Of a stretch of DNA of 64,000 bases, positions 55,436-64,000 are shown one piece after another. Numbering within the stretch: the stretch's first letter is position 1; the number at the start of each line of letters is the position of its first letter. Position numbers and translations under genes: made by a program. This stretch comes from Spirochaetota bacterium (GTDB lineage Bacteria; Spirochaetota; UBA4802; UBA5550): positions 44,984 through 108,983 of the forward strand of contig QKCL01000053.1 in the NCBI GenBank assembly GCA_003246895.1, given 5' to 3'. The notes beneath the pieces were generated by a model that did no database searches, was not told the DNA's origin, and was given only the letters and a program-made list of their open reading frames with translations.

Positions 55436-57919
55436 TTACTTTAAATCCTGATTCTCTCTTGCAAAATTCAACTCAATGCGTGATTTCATAAAAACGTTTT
55501 CTGGAATTACCACATTGGCTACATCATTGTCAAAGGCCGGAAGCATACGGAAACTGAATTTACCACCCTCCAGATAACGGCTCTTGGACGCATATGTCCC
55601 TTCAAGGCTTTTCACCCTGTTCCCGTATTTTATTTCAGCCTTGTACCTGTTGCCGTTATCAACAATTTTTATCTCCATACTTACAGCTTTACCGTCAGAC
55701 GTCAGATACTGTGCCTTCCAGATCCCCCTGAAATTTCTGAGTCCTTCGCCGGGAACAAATGTTGTCATTACAGTGGGCTTAAACTCACTCATGGTCACGG
55801 CAAGAGGTGAAGTTTTGGGGGACTCGTTCCCCATCATCACAGCCGCAACTCTGTAAAAATATATATCTCCTTCACTTCCCGGAAACTTTTCACTGAAAGC
55901 AACTGTTCCCCTGGCGAGGCTCTTCACGAGTTCAAAGTCTCCACTTCCCTCTTTCTTTCTGTAAACCCTGTACTCCGCAAGCCCGTTCCCCTTCTTCCAT
56001 GAAAGATTCACTTCCCCTGAATTTTCATCAATCCTTACTGCGAAATTTTCCGGAGTTTCAACCCCGACACCGGACCTGAGGCTTACAATGTTGGTGCCTC
56101 CTGCTGCAAATCCCGGAGAGTAGGCACTCCACTTGTCCGAAGAACCATACCTGTTATAGGCTTTCACTGTATAAAGAAACTCATCCCCGTTTTTCACCTC
56201 ATATGAACTGTCTGTATAATTTACACCGGTTACAGTTGTATTAAAATCCCACTTTCTTGCAGACTTGTTCCACCTGTAAATCAGGTAATATTCAGCTGCG
56301 GGCTGTCTGTCCCAGGATATAACGACCCTGTCGCTGTACTTGCCCTGAGTCGCACTGACTCCGCTCACCACGGATGGAGGACCGCTACCCGCGGCAACAT
56401 TTACCCTGAAAAGATTGCTCCACTTGCCCTGGCCTGCGGAGTTCACAGCAGCGACATAATAGTAGTTAGGAATTCTCCTGTTGGGGCTTCCGTCTGAGAA
56501 GGAGTTGCCTTTGCTTCTGCCGATATCCTTCCATTTTCTGTTTACCTGATCATATCTGATAATTCTATAATAGTCAGTTCCCGGAACAGAATTCCAGGTG
56601 AGCCTCACGTTACTTCCGCTGTACGAGGGTACGCCGTTGAGGTTTGTAATCTGTTCAGGTATGTTCGTATTCCTCTTAAGGGCAAATCCTTCTGCCACAG
56701 GGGAAAGTTCAGCGTCACTCCTTTTCTGGCCGGACAGGGCTATTATCCTGTAATTATATCTGTAATCTGACTGAACATTCCTGTCCGTATAGGAATTAAC
56801 ATTCACAACAGCAACACGGCTGAAGTTTTTCGAATCTCCAGTACTCCTTTCAATTATATAGGAAACAGCATTATCAACCCTGTCCCAGGATATGAAAATC
56901 CTGTCACTGTAGGTTCCCCTTGAAGCTGAAACACCGGCAGGAGCATTGAGCGTTCCATCATTACCTCCACCGGAAGGAATTACCTGCCCCTCACTGTCAT
57001 AGAGTACATAGGCGTATTTGCAGAGCATTGCGGCACACTTGTATGACATCCAGAAAAATCCCCTGTTCCCCCAGGTATTTCCCCATGAATTTATAATTTT
57101 GAATGCCCCTTTATGGCCCGATGGAGAGACCTTGCTGTCATCATAACCTACTATGGCCATTGCGTGTCCGCCGGTCACACTCCCTGTATAATCATCAAAA
57201 ACTCCGCCGTTTCTAACAGACTGGGAAGGCTTGTACCATTTTGATGTAACATTAAAACCGCCCACAACAGGATTTCCCGAAGCGATTTCACGTTTAATAT
57301 TTGCCGGATCCGTAGTGATGACACGGCTGTATCTCTTTGATCTGTATTTTGAAGCGGCCAGGTTTTTCATTGACTGTGTTGGCTGCGTTTTGTAATCCTT
57401 GTGGTTATAGGGCATTACACTCCAGGGAACACCCCCTTTCTGTACCAGGAGCTTGAAGGCATTTGCAATACTGGAACCATTATCCCTGCCGCCATTAATC
57501 TGGTTATATGTCCAGGCGGGAGAAAAGACATGTGTTCCCTTCGAGGGGTCTATGAGTCCTGAAGAATAAAAGGGATTATAATTCCCCCATCCATAGGACC
57601 AGCCGTTCTTCACCATTTCATGGTAGGATTTAACATAATAGGTTGTGGACCATGCAGTACAGCTTCCCTGGCTTCCCTGACTTCCCACAGGCGGCATTTT
57701 AGAGCTGAGGTCAAAACTTCCAGGAAGAGATTTTCCTCCTCCCCTGACGGAAATATCGAGTCCTGTTTCCTGTGCGTCCAGCTCCTCCTGAGACTCAATG
57801 ACAAGTCCGGTATATAATTTTTCGGCCTTGTTCTGGGCACCCAGAGTTACGGGTAGCAATGAGAGAAAAAGAATCACCCAGAATCGCATAGTAAAAGCTG
57901 CTGCAAAAATATTTTTCAT
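55436..57919 (-). CDS. Secreted papain-family (C1) cysteine peptidase with multiple fibronectin-III-like repeats
   Basis: Signal peptide. Catalytic Cys region QGSQGSCTAWS, His GGHAMAIVGYDD, Asn KIINSWGNTWGNRGFFWMSY. ~500-aa C-terminal extension of repeated beta-rich (Fn3-like) modules. The track start at 57979 is a TTG. ATG at 57919 with an AAGGAA RBS. Confidence 0.8.
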   Translation of the reverse strand: MKNIFAAAFTMRFWVILFLSLLPVTLGAQNKAEKLYTGLVIESQEELDAQETGLDISVRGGGKSLPGSFDLSSKMPPVGSQGSQGSCTAWSTTYYVKSYHEMVKNGWSYGWGNYNPFYSSGLIDPSKGTHVFSPAWTYNQINGGRDNGSSIANAFKLLVQKGGVPWSVMPYNHKDYKTQPTQSMKNLAASKYRSKRYSRVITTDPANIKREIASGNPVVGGFNVTSKWYKPSQSVRNGGVFDDYTGSVTGGHAMAIVGYDDSKVSPSGHKGAFKIINSWGNTWGNRGFFWMSYKCAAMLCKYAYVLYDSEGQVIPSGGGNDGTLNAPAGVSASRGTYSDRIFISWDRVDNAVSYIIERSTGDSKNFSRVAVVNVNSYTDRNVQSDYRYNYRIIALSGQKRSDAELSPVAEGFALKRNTNIPEQITNLNGVPSYSGSNVRLTWNSVPGTDYYRIIRYDQVNRKWKDIGRSKGNSFSDGSPNRRIPNYYYVAAVNSAGQGKWSNLFRVNVAAGSGPPSVVSGVSATQGKYSDRVVISWDRQPAAEYYLIYRWNKSARKWDFNTTVTGVNYTDSSYEVKNGDEFLYTVKAYNRYGSSDKWSAYSPGFAAGGTNIVSLRSGVGVETPENFAVRIDENSGEVNLSWKKGNGLAEYRVYRKKEGSGDFELVKSLARGTVAFSEKFPGSEGDIYFYRVAAVMMGNESPKTSPLAVTMSEFKPTVMTTFVPGEGLRNFRGIWKAQYLTSDGKAVSMEIKIVDNGNRYKAEIKYGNRVKSLEGTYASKSRYLEGGKFSFRMLPAFDNDVANVVIPENVFMKSRIELNFARENQDLK

Positions 57920-58040
57920 GGCATGTTCCTTAAAACAATAATACTTACAGTACTTATCACATGTATTCCATAAGGTCAAGTCATATTGATATGCGAAATT
58001 TTCTTGATTTATTGCCGCGGATTCTCAATTATAAACAATT

Positions 58041-59057
58041 ATGATGAAAGGCAATCAAATGGATTCGGTGACAAAAACAATGTATGCGAACATAGGAAAG
58101 CTCATTACATCTTCTCTGCACATAGATGAAATTCTCGAAGGCATTATGAAGGAGATTAAAGCCTTTTTTAATCCCGAACACTGGAGCCTTCTGAGACTCG
58201 ATGAAACTACAGGAGAGCTCTATTTTCTGTTCATGGAGGGTGTTAAACAGGATAAACTGGAAGCGTTCAGACTAGGCCCCGGGGAGGGAATCGCCGGAAC
58301 AGTTGCCGCAAGCGCAGAGTCTGTCTTTGTGCCTGATGTTTCCAGAGACAGACGCTTCTCTGACCGTGTTGACAAACTTATTGATTTTAAAACAAAATCC
58401 ATAATAGCAGTGCCCATGGTTTTCCGCGGACGGGTTTATGGAGTAATTGAAATTGTGAATTCCGAAAAGTCCAGATTTTTTACAGAAGACGATCATATGA
58501 TTCTCTCAACAATTGCGGACTTCAGTGCAATTGCCCTGGCCAATTCTGCACTTTATAATATGGTAGTAGAACAGACAAATCACGATTCCCTAACAGGGCT
58601 TTACAACAGACAGAAACTGAATCAGCTTAAAGACGAATGGAGCGACCGGGAATACCATGCACGGAGATACGGAGACACAGATTCTGTCATAAAAATTGTG
58701 TATATGGACATAAATGAATTCAAGGATATAAATGACTGCTTTGGCCACAGGGAAGGAGACAGGGCACTGGTATCCATAGCTGAACAGTTAAACGGTATTT
58801 TCAGAAACCAGGACCTCCTTTTCAGAATTGGGGGAGATGAATATCTGGCCGTACTTATGCTGCCCAATGCGGGTTCATCGGATTACATTGACAAAAGAAT
58901 TTCAAATTCTCTGTCAGAACTTGAATACAGGACAAGGAACGGTCAGGGCAGAGCCACGCTGTCATTCGGTATTTCGACTGGTCATATATATGAAATTGAA
59001 AAGCTTATAGATGAAGCTGACAAAAACATGTACTCTTCAAAGAAAACCAGAAAATAG
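58041..59057 (+). CDS. GAF-domain diguanylate cyclase (GGDEF, motif GGDEY with RxxD I-site)
   Basis: GAF N-terminus. DSLTGLYNRQ, GHREGDRAL, I-site RNQD, RIGGDEY. Confidence 0.75.
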   Translation: MMKGNQMDSVTKTMYANIGKLITSSLHIDEILEGIMKEIKAFFNPEHWSLLRLDETTGELYFLFMEGVKQDKLEAFRLGPGEGIAGTVAASAESVFVPDVSRDRRFSDRVDKLIDFKTKSIIAVPMVFRGRVYGVIEIVNSEKSRFFTEDDHMILSTIADFSAIALANSALYNMVVEQTNHDSLTGLYNRQKLNQLKDEWSDREYHARRYGDTDSVIKIVYMDINEFKDINDCFGHREGDRALVSIAEQLNGIFRNQDLLFRIGGDEYLAVLMLPNAGSSDYIDKRISNSLSELEYRTRNGQGRATLSFGISTGHIYEIEKLIDEADKNMYSSKKTRK

Positions 59058-59066
59058 CCTAAAATT

Positions 59067-60056
59067 TCACAACAGCAAAACCGCAGGATCAAGTTCCGGA
59101 AATTCAGACTCAATAAACTCCCGCATGTCATCCGGAAGTGGTGCTGAAATCTCAATTTCCCCCCCGGTAACGGGATGGGAAAATAATACAGAATATGCAT
59201 GAAGAGCGCATCGTACAAAACCTGCCCTGATTCTGAGATCTGAACTGTCCCCATTTTCAACAAGTTCAAGGAAGAGGCTTTCATCTCCTCCATAAATAAG
59301 ATCGCCCAGTATGGGCAGCCCTGCATATTCCAGGTGCACCCTGATCTGGTGGGTCCTGCCTGTTACAGGAGATGCCTCCATAACTGAAAAATTTCCGTTA
59401 CCCGCAATGAGTCTGAATTTTGTCAGGGCACTTTCTCCAGCTCCGTGAAATGCTTTCCGCTTCTTCTTTACCGGAGAATCTGAATCCGGCCCTATAGGCA
59501 TGGCAACATCAAAGTTTTCCCTCCCGGGGTTCCCCCTGACAATTGCGATATATTTTTTACTCACATCTTGAAATGCCGACTGAAACCTTGAAGCACAATC
59601 ACTGTCCCTGCCGAGCATTACCAGACCCGATGTTTCACGGTCTATTCTGTGCATGGGAAAAAATTTCCGTGAATAGTCTTCTTCGAGAAGGCCGGTCAGA
59701 GTGTTTCTGAAATAGGCACCGGAAGGATGAACCGGAAGATTACCGGACTTGGATACTCCCATATAAAAATCATCATCATAAACAACACTGTAAAAAGGGT
59801 CAATTTCAGGTTCATCAGATGAGGGAGGAGAAAAGCTTACCATATCTCCGGTGTTTACCTTTTCATGGTGACGGACAGGCTTTCCGTTTAAAAAAATTTC
59901 TCCTTCCTTAAGCTTTTTCTGCCACTGGCTTCTGCTGAGATAATCAAATCTCCGGGAAAGATAAATATCAAGCCTCTGCCCGCCATACTCCGATGCAACA
60001 ACAGATTCAGTAATTCTTTCCGTCACAGACTGACCATGGTGAGAATTTTCTGACAC
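59067..60056 (-). CDS. RluA-family pseudouridine synthase (RluD-like, S4 domain)
   Basis: S4-like N-terminus (GQRLDIYLSRRF). Catalytic HRIDRETSGLVMLGRD. The start is either ATG at 60056 (34-nt overlap with the upstream gene) or GTG at 60026 (GTGA overlap). Confidence 0.8.
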   Translation of the reverse strand: MSENSHHGQSVTERITESVVASEYGGQRLDIYLSRRFDYLSRSQWQKKLKEGEIFLNGKPVRHHEKVNTGDMVSFSPPSSDEPEIDPFYSVVYDDDFYMGVSKSGNLPVHPSGAYFRNTLTGLLEEDYSRKFFPMHRIDRETSGLVMLGRDSDCASRFQSAFQDVSKKYIAIVRGNPGRENFDVAMPIGPDSDSPVKKKRKAFHGAGESALTKFRLIAGNGNFSVMEASPVTGRTHQIRVHLEYAGLPILGDLIYGGDESLFLELVENGDSSDLRIRAGFVRCALHAYSVLFSHPVTGGEIEISAPLPDDMREFIESEFPELDPAVLLL

Positions 60057-62509
60057 TCCCGGCTCCCCTTGTCAAGAGTTCTGCTGTCAATTACCGTGCC
60101 GGGATTTTTGGGAAACATAATACGGCTCACAAGTCCGTCATAACCGCACATCATTACCCGCTTAACCATATCCATGCTGACACTGATCTCTGCATCAAGC
60201 CTTTCCTTGATTATTCCGAAATTTACAACCGGATCCTCATTGATGGGGCTTTCATCTGAGTTGCCCATATCACCTATTCCATGAAGAACCTTAATCAGTT
60301 TGTCCACCGCCTGGGAAAGATTCATGTTATTAATAAACCCGAATACAATACCTCCATCGGACCTGAAGGCAACATCATCTTCATTTCCGGAAGACTGCAG
60401 TTCACCATTCAGCATGGAGATAGTGCTGCGGAAAATCTGATCCCCGGCATCACTTCCATAGCGTTCATTGAGAACTGGAAGATTGGCCAGGAACATGCAG
60501 AAGATGCACCTTTCATTCATTGTTGAGAGGCAGTTGTTCTCATCATAATACTTCGGCAGAATTATATCCTCAAGGTACTGTGACTTTTTAAGGCCTGTTA
60601 TTGAATCGGTATATGTTTCATAAAGATCCTGCGTAATATCAGGGACATCAGATGAAGAAGAGGTTTCCTGTTCACCTGAAACAGAAATTCCCTTTTCCCT
60701 GATAATCTCTATCTCCCTCTTTATTGCATCAATTCCGTGATGGCATAATATAGAAGCTATATAAACTGCAACAGAACAGGATACTTCAAGAAAATCCGAA
60801 AGCAGCACCTCTCTTGAATCTATGGCCAGTGCAGTTGAATTTATCCTGGGATGAAGAACAACTGAATTCTTGTAATAGTCAAAAGTTCTGTAGAACGTCA
60901 CCCCGCTCCCCTTGCCCTCCAGCGTAAAGGTGTTGATCAAGTCGTTGAACCTGAGGGCAAGGTTGTATGCATGTGATGAAAGTTCCACAAGTATTGGCTT
61001 AATGCCTTCTGCCGGTTTTGTAATTGAAGTTGCCACAGAGTTTCGCATGAGATCCGATATAAAGTCCAGGGACGGTTCATTTACAGGAATAATAAAGTTT
61101 GTTGCTTCTCTTGCCTTGCTGCCTTCTATGTCATTTAAAAACCTGTTAAAAATTTCTATGGCCTTCAGAAGTTCAGGAAATTCTGAAAAATAGTTTTTTT
61201 TAAGATCATTATCGTGCTCGACAACAGTGTTTTCCGGGTCTGTAATAATGTCGAGCATATGCCTTGAATAGGACTCTGTCACCTTCATAAGCCTGAAAAA
61301 CGGCCTCTTTTCCGATTCCTTGAGCCATGCCGTATAACTGCTTCCTGACTTCAGCTTAAAGAGTCTCTCAAAGTACTCTCCCCCCATTTCCAGAAACCTG
61401 CCGGCAAGATTTTCAAGTTCCCTGAGACGGTTTTCTCCTGCCCCCTTTGTTTCCTTGACTGTTTTGGCCTCACTTTCAACTTTCTGTCTGGCTTCAGGCG
61501 TATATACTTTTCTGTCAGAAACGATTTTACCGTCACTTCCGGCAATATACATTACCTGATTAAGTGTCACGGCCGGAGCTTTGTAAAAGGCCGTATAATA
61601 ACTTTTCAGTGTACCGAGAATGGTCTTGCTGTAGCTCTCCTGATCCGTATAGGTCACAGGCTTGTTATTCATGACCGGCCTGTCAAGAAGCGCCCAGACA
61701 TATCCCCAGAAGCCGTGTTTCGGCTTTCTATCCCTGTATATTTTTTTCAGTCCCTTTTCAATGTAGGATGCGTTGCAAAGAACAGAAATATATACCGCGG
61801 AAAAATCGGAAATCTCCTCAAAGATATCCGTTGTATCAAATGAAGGAGCGGCGCCGATTGCGGCGACTTTTTCAAGAGCAGTACCAAGATCATAAAGCGC
61901 TGCTATTGAATTATATTCCATTGTACTGAGAAAATGGTATGAATCATCCAGAATGGATTTCAGCTCCTTCTCTATTGGATAATAGGACCTGTATGCCCTG
62001 ACTTTAATATTGTTCAGCGACTGGTTCTTCAGCCTGTGGGAAAAAATGGTTATTGTGCCGTAGTTGATGGCAAATCTTGTGAGTCTTATCCATTTAACAA
62101 TTCCGGAAACAGAAGTTTTTATTTCTTCGATCTCTCTTGCCTTACGCGCCTCTTCCTTCTGTCTGCGCTTATCATCAGCAATCCGTTCCCTTATCTTGTG
62201 AATAAGATCTTCGACCATTCTCTTTTTCACAAGATGATCAAAGTTAGATGACAGTATAGCTGTCATCTTGTCATTTTCATAGGCGGAAAGTTCCATGCCG
62301 TTGCTTTCAAGATATTTATTAAATGAATCAACGGTTTCCTTGAATGAACTATAGACTCTTTTCTCACTGCTTTTACCGGAATTTTTCATACTGTCAAGGA
62401 GGCTGTTCATTTTGCCGATATGGCCAATATGCTCACTTGAATAGGTCCCGACTTCATTTATGTACTCATTGACCCAGTTATCAGAGCCTTTTCCTTTACT
62501 GACGGACAT
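60023..62509 (-). CDS. Large hypothetical protein (828 aa) with C-terminal degenerate GGDEF domain
   Basis: The last ~170 aa contain DSITGLKKSQY, a GHxxGD-like SDAGDQIF and FRSDGGIVFGF, where GGDEF is replaced by GGIVF. The N-terminal 650 aa are not recognisable. Confidence 0.5.
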   Translation of the reverse strand: MSVSKGKGSDNWVNEYINEVGTYSSEHIGHIGKMNSLLDSMKNSGKSSEKRVYSSFKETVDSFNKYLESNGMELSAYENDKMTAILSSNFDHLVKKRMVEDLIHKIRERIADDKRRQKEEARKAREIEEIKTSVSGIVKWIRLTRFAINYGTITIFSHRLKNQSLNNIKVRAYRSYYPIEKELKSILDDSYHFLSTMEYNSIAALYDLGTALEKVAAIGAAPSFDTTDIFEEISDFSAVYISVLCNASYIEKGLKKIYRDRKPKHGFWGYVWALLDRPVMNNKPVTYTDQESYSKTILGTLKSYYTAFYKAPAVTLNQVMYIAGSDGKIVSDRKVYTPEARQKVESEAKTVKETKGAGENRLRELENLAGRFLEMGGEYFERLFKLKSGSSYTAWLKESEKRPFFRLMKVTESYSRHMLDIITDPENTVVEHDNDLKKNYFSEFPELLKAIEIFNRFLNDIEGSKAREATNFIIPVNEPSLDFISDLMRNSVATSITKPAEGIKPILVELSSHAYNLALRFNDLINTFTLEGKGSGVTFYRTFDYYKNSVVLHPRINSTALAIDSREVLLSDFLEVSCSVAVYIASILCHHGIDAIKREIEIIREKGISVSGEQETSSSSDVPDITQDLYETYTDSITGLKKSQYLEDIILPKYYDENNCLSTMNERCIFCMFLANLPVLNERYGSDAGDQIFRSTISMLNGELQSSGNEDDVAFRSDGGIVFGFINNMNLSQAVDKLIKVLHGIGDMGNSDESPINEDPVVNFGIIKERLDAEISVSMDMVKRVMMCGYDGLVSRIMFPKNPGTVIDSRTLDKGSRECQKILTMVSL

Positions 62510-62597
62510 AGCAACTCCCGAGGTTTATAGATGTTTCAGATCTCATTTTAAATTTTATCCATAAAAAAGAAAGTAAATTTTATAACATATAACCGTC

Positions 62598-63944
62598 TCA
62601 TGAAATGATTTTCCTTACAGCCTTCAGTTTCCTTTGAGAAGACGGGAAATACCTGAGTTTAATATCAAGAAAAAATGACTTCTCAAGGACAGATTTTTCA
62701 TGGGAGAAAGTTACAAAACTCCTCTCTCCGTGATAGGCCCCTATGCCGCTGGGCCCCACTCCTCCGAAAGGAAGGTACTCATTCCCCAGATGGAGCATTA
62801 TATCGTTTATGCACACTCCTCCCGAATAGGTTTCCCGCAATACCCTGCTGCTGATCTCCCTGCTTCTGGTGAATACATAAAGCGCCAGAGGCTTGGGCCT
62901 GTGTTTTACAAAGTCGATAGCTTCATCCACAGAATGCACAGTAATCAAAGGAAGCAGCGGCCCGAATATCTCCTCCTTCATTATTAATTCATCCGGTTTT
63001 ACATCATCTATCACTGTGGGGGAGATATATCTGGTTTTCTGATTATGAAAACCGCCCAGGACTGTCCTGCCGCATTTCATGTATTTAAGGAGCCGTTTGA
63101 AGTGCTGGTCAGATATTATTCTTCCATAATCGGGGCTGGTTTCGGGATCCTCGCCGTATGCATTTACTATTTCCCTGTCCAGGGCCTCAATGAACTGTTC
63201 TTTTATATTGGAGGAGATGAGGATATAATCCGGAGCAACACATGTCTGTCCGCAGTTAATAAACTTTCCCCACACAACCCTTCGTGCGGTAGTGTCAATG
63301 TCGGCATCATCCGCAACTATACATGCACTCTTGCCCCCCAGTTCAAGTGTAACAGGTATCAGCTTTTCAGCCGCGCTTTTGTATACAACTTTACCGAATT
63401 CTGTGCCTCCGGTAAAAAAAATATAGTCGTATCTCTCCTTTAAAAGCGCGGCGCCCACTTCGTTCCATCCCTGGAACACGGCTACATAACTCTCCTCAAA
63501 GGCTTCGGCGACTATTTTTTTTACAAGTTCCGACATGTTCTGAGATGCCGGAGCAGTCTTGAGGACCGCAGTATTTCCTGCGGCAATGGCTCCTATAAGC
63601 GGCACCATGATAAGATTAAAGGGATAGTTCCACGGGGCGATTATAAGTGTTGCACCATAGGGTTCCCTGTATATGCGCGAAACTGCCGGCTGCAGGGCAA
63701 GCGGTGTAGGAACACGTTCAGGCCTGGCCCATTTTTTCAGTTTTCTTATGGCAAGGTTTATTTCATTGAGTACCGGACCCACTTCAGTCATGTACGCTTC
63801 AAATTCCCCCTTGTTGAGGTCGTTCTTCAGTGCTTCATAGATTTCACGCTCATTCGCAAGAACCGCACTCTTCAGTCTCCTCAGCATATCCCTTCTGAAG
63901 GAGATGTCAAGGGTCTTCCCGCTACAGAAATACTCTCTCTGCAT
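62598..63944 (-). CDS. Aldehyde dehydrogenase (NAD(P)+), class-3-like
   Basis: Catalytic Glu ELGGKSACIV, Cys FINCGQTCVAPDY, and a Rossmann-like GxxxxG region (VLKTAPAS). Confidence 0.85.
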   Translation of the reverse strand: MQREYFCSGKTLDISFRRDMLRRLKSAVLANEREIYEALKNDLNKGEFEAYMTEVGPVLNEINLAIRKLKKWARPERVPTPLALQPAVSRIYREPYGATLIIAPWNYPFNLIMVPLIGAIAAGNTAVLKTAPASQNMSELVKKIVAEAFEESYVAVFQGWNEVGAALLKERYDYIFFTGGTEFGKVVYKSAAEKLIPVTLELGGKSACIVADDADIDTTARRVVWGKFINCGQTCVAPDYILISSNIKEQFIEALDREIVNAYGEDPETSPDYGRIISDQHFKRLLKYMKCGRTVLGGFHNQKTRYISPTVIDDVKPDELIMKEEIFGPLLPLITVHSVDEAIDFVKHRPKPLALYVFTRSREISSRVLRETYSGGVCINDIMLHLGNEYLPFGGVGPSGIGAYHGERSFVTFSHEKSVLEKSFFLDIKLRYFPSSQRKLKAVRKIIS

Positions 63945-64000
63945 TTTAAGTATTTTCTTTATGTCAGGGTTACTGAATTTTTTCTGAATGCTTTTACCTG

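Noticed and set aside
1-64000. Scan for tRNA, rRNA, transposase, integrase and phage genes
   Set aside because: No T-loop-like GTTCGAATC motifs and no rRNA-like segments were seen. No ORF had DDE transposase, tyrosine-recombinase or phage structural signatures. The window appears to be core chromosome.

Overview
The window looks like a 64-kb chromosomal segment from a spirochaete. The main evidence is a FlaB-type core flagellin starting MIINHN with strong end-to-end similarity to Treponema FlaB. GC content is roughly 40-45% and coding density is about 90%. Most genes are housekeeping or signalling genes. These include an N-degron proteolysis cluster (hyp-clpS-clpA-aat), clpB, a biotin ECF transporter (bioY-ecfA-ecfT) and a class A PBP. 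Lipid and cell-shape genes are present (rodZ-like, rimO, pgsA, pgpA, lolA-like), along with glgP-family phosphorylase, queF, gatC, thpR, an aldehyde dehydrogenase and an RluA-family pseudouridine synthase. There is dense signal-transduction content: three PAS histidine kinases (two of them hybrid), an MCP, a GAF-GGDEF cyclase, a degenerate-GGDEF protein, a HATPase-HDOD fusion and a STAS protein. No rRNA, tRNA, CRISPR array, transposase, integrase or phage genes were seen, so the window looks like core chromosome rather than a mobile island.

The most notable observations are:
- A secreted papain-like (C1) cysteine peptidase with fibronectin-III-like repeats, followed in the same operon by a lipoprotein carrying a canonical cystatin QxVxG motif (QIVAG). 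This is a candidate self-protecting protease-inhibitor pair.
- An unusual operon coupling a sensor kinase, a tiny tautomerase-superfamily protein and a LolD/LolC-like ABC exporter.
- A queF-headed operon with a DUF-like membrane protein, a lipoprotein and an AAA+ ATPase, preceded by a membrane protein translationally coupled to a STAS/zinc-ribbon protein.
- A HATPase-HDOD fusion protein.
- A putative BirA operator plus an unexplained GGTGCCAGAGGT repeat cluster upstream of bioY.
- A 16-bp perfect inverted repeat downstream of the flaB terminator.
- A K+-channel homologue with a non-canonical TVGFEE selectivity filter.

All calls rest on reading the sequence by eye and recalling motifs and families from memory. 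No database searches were run.
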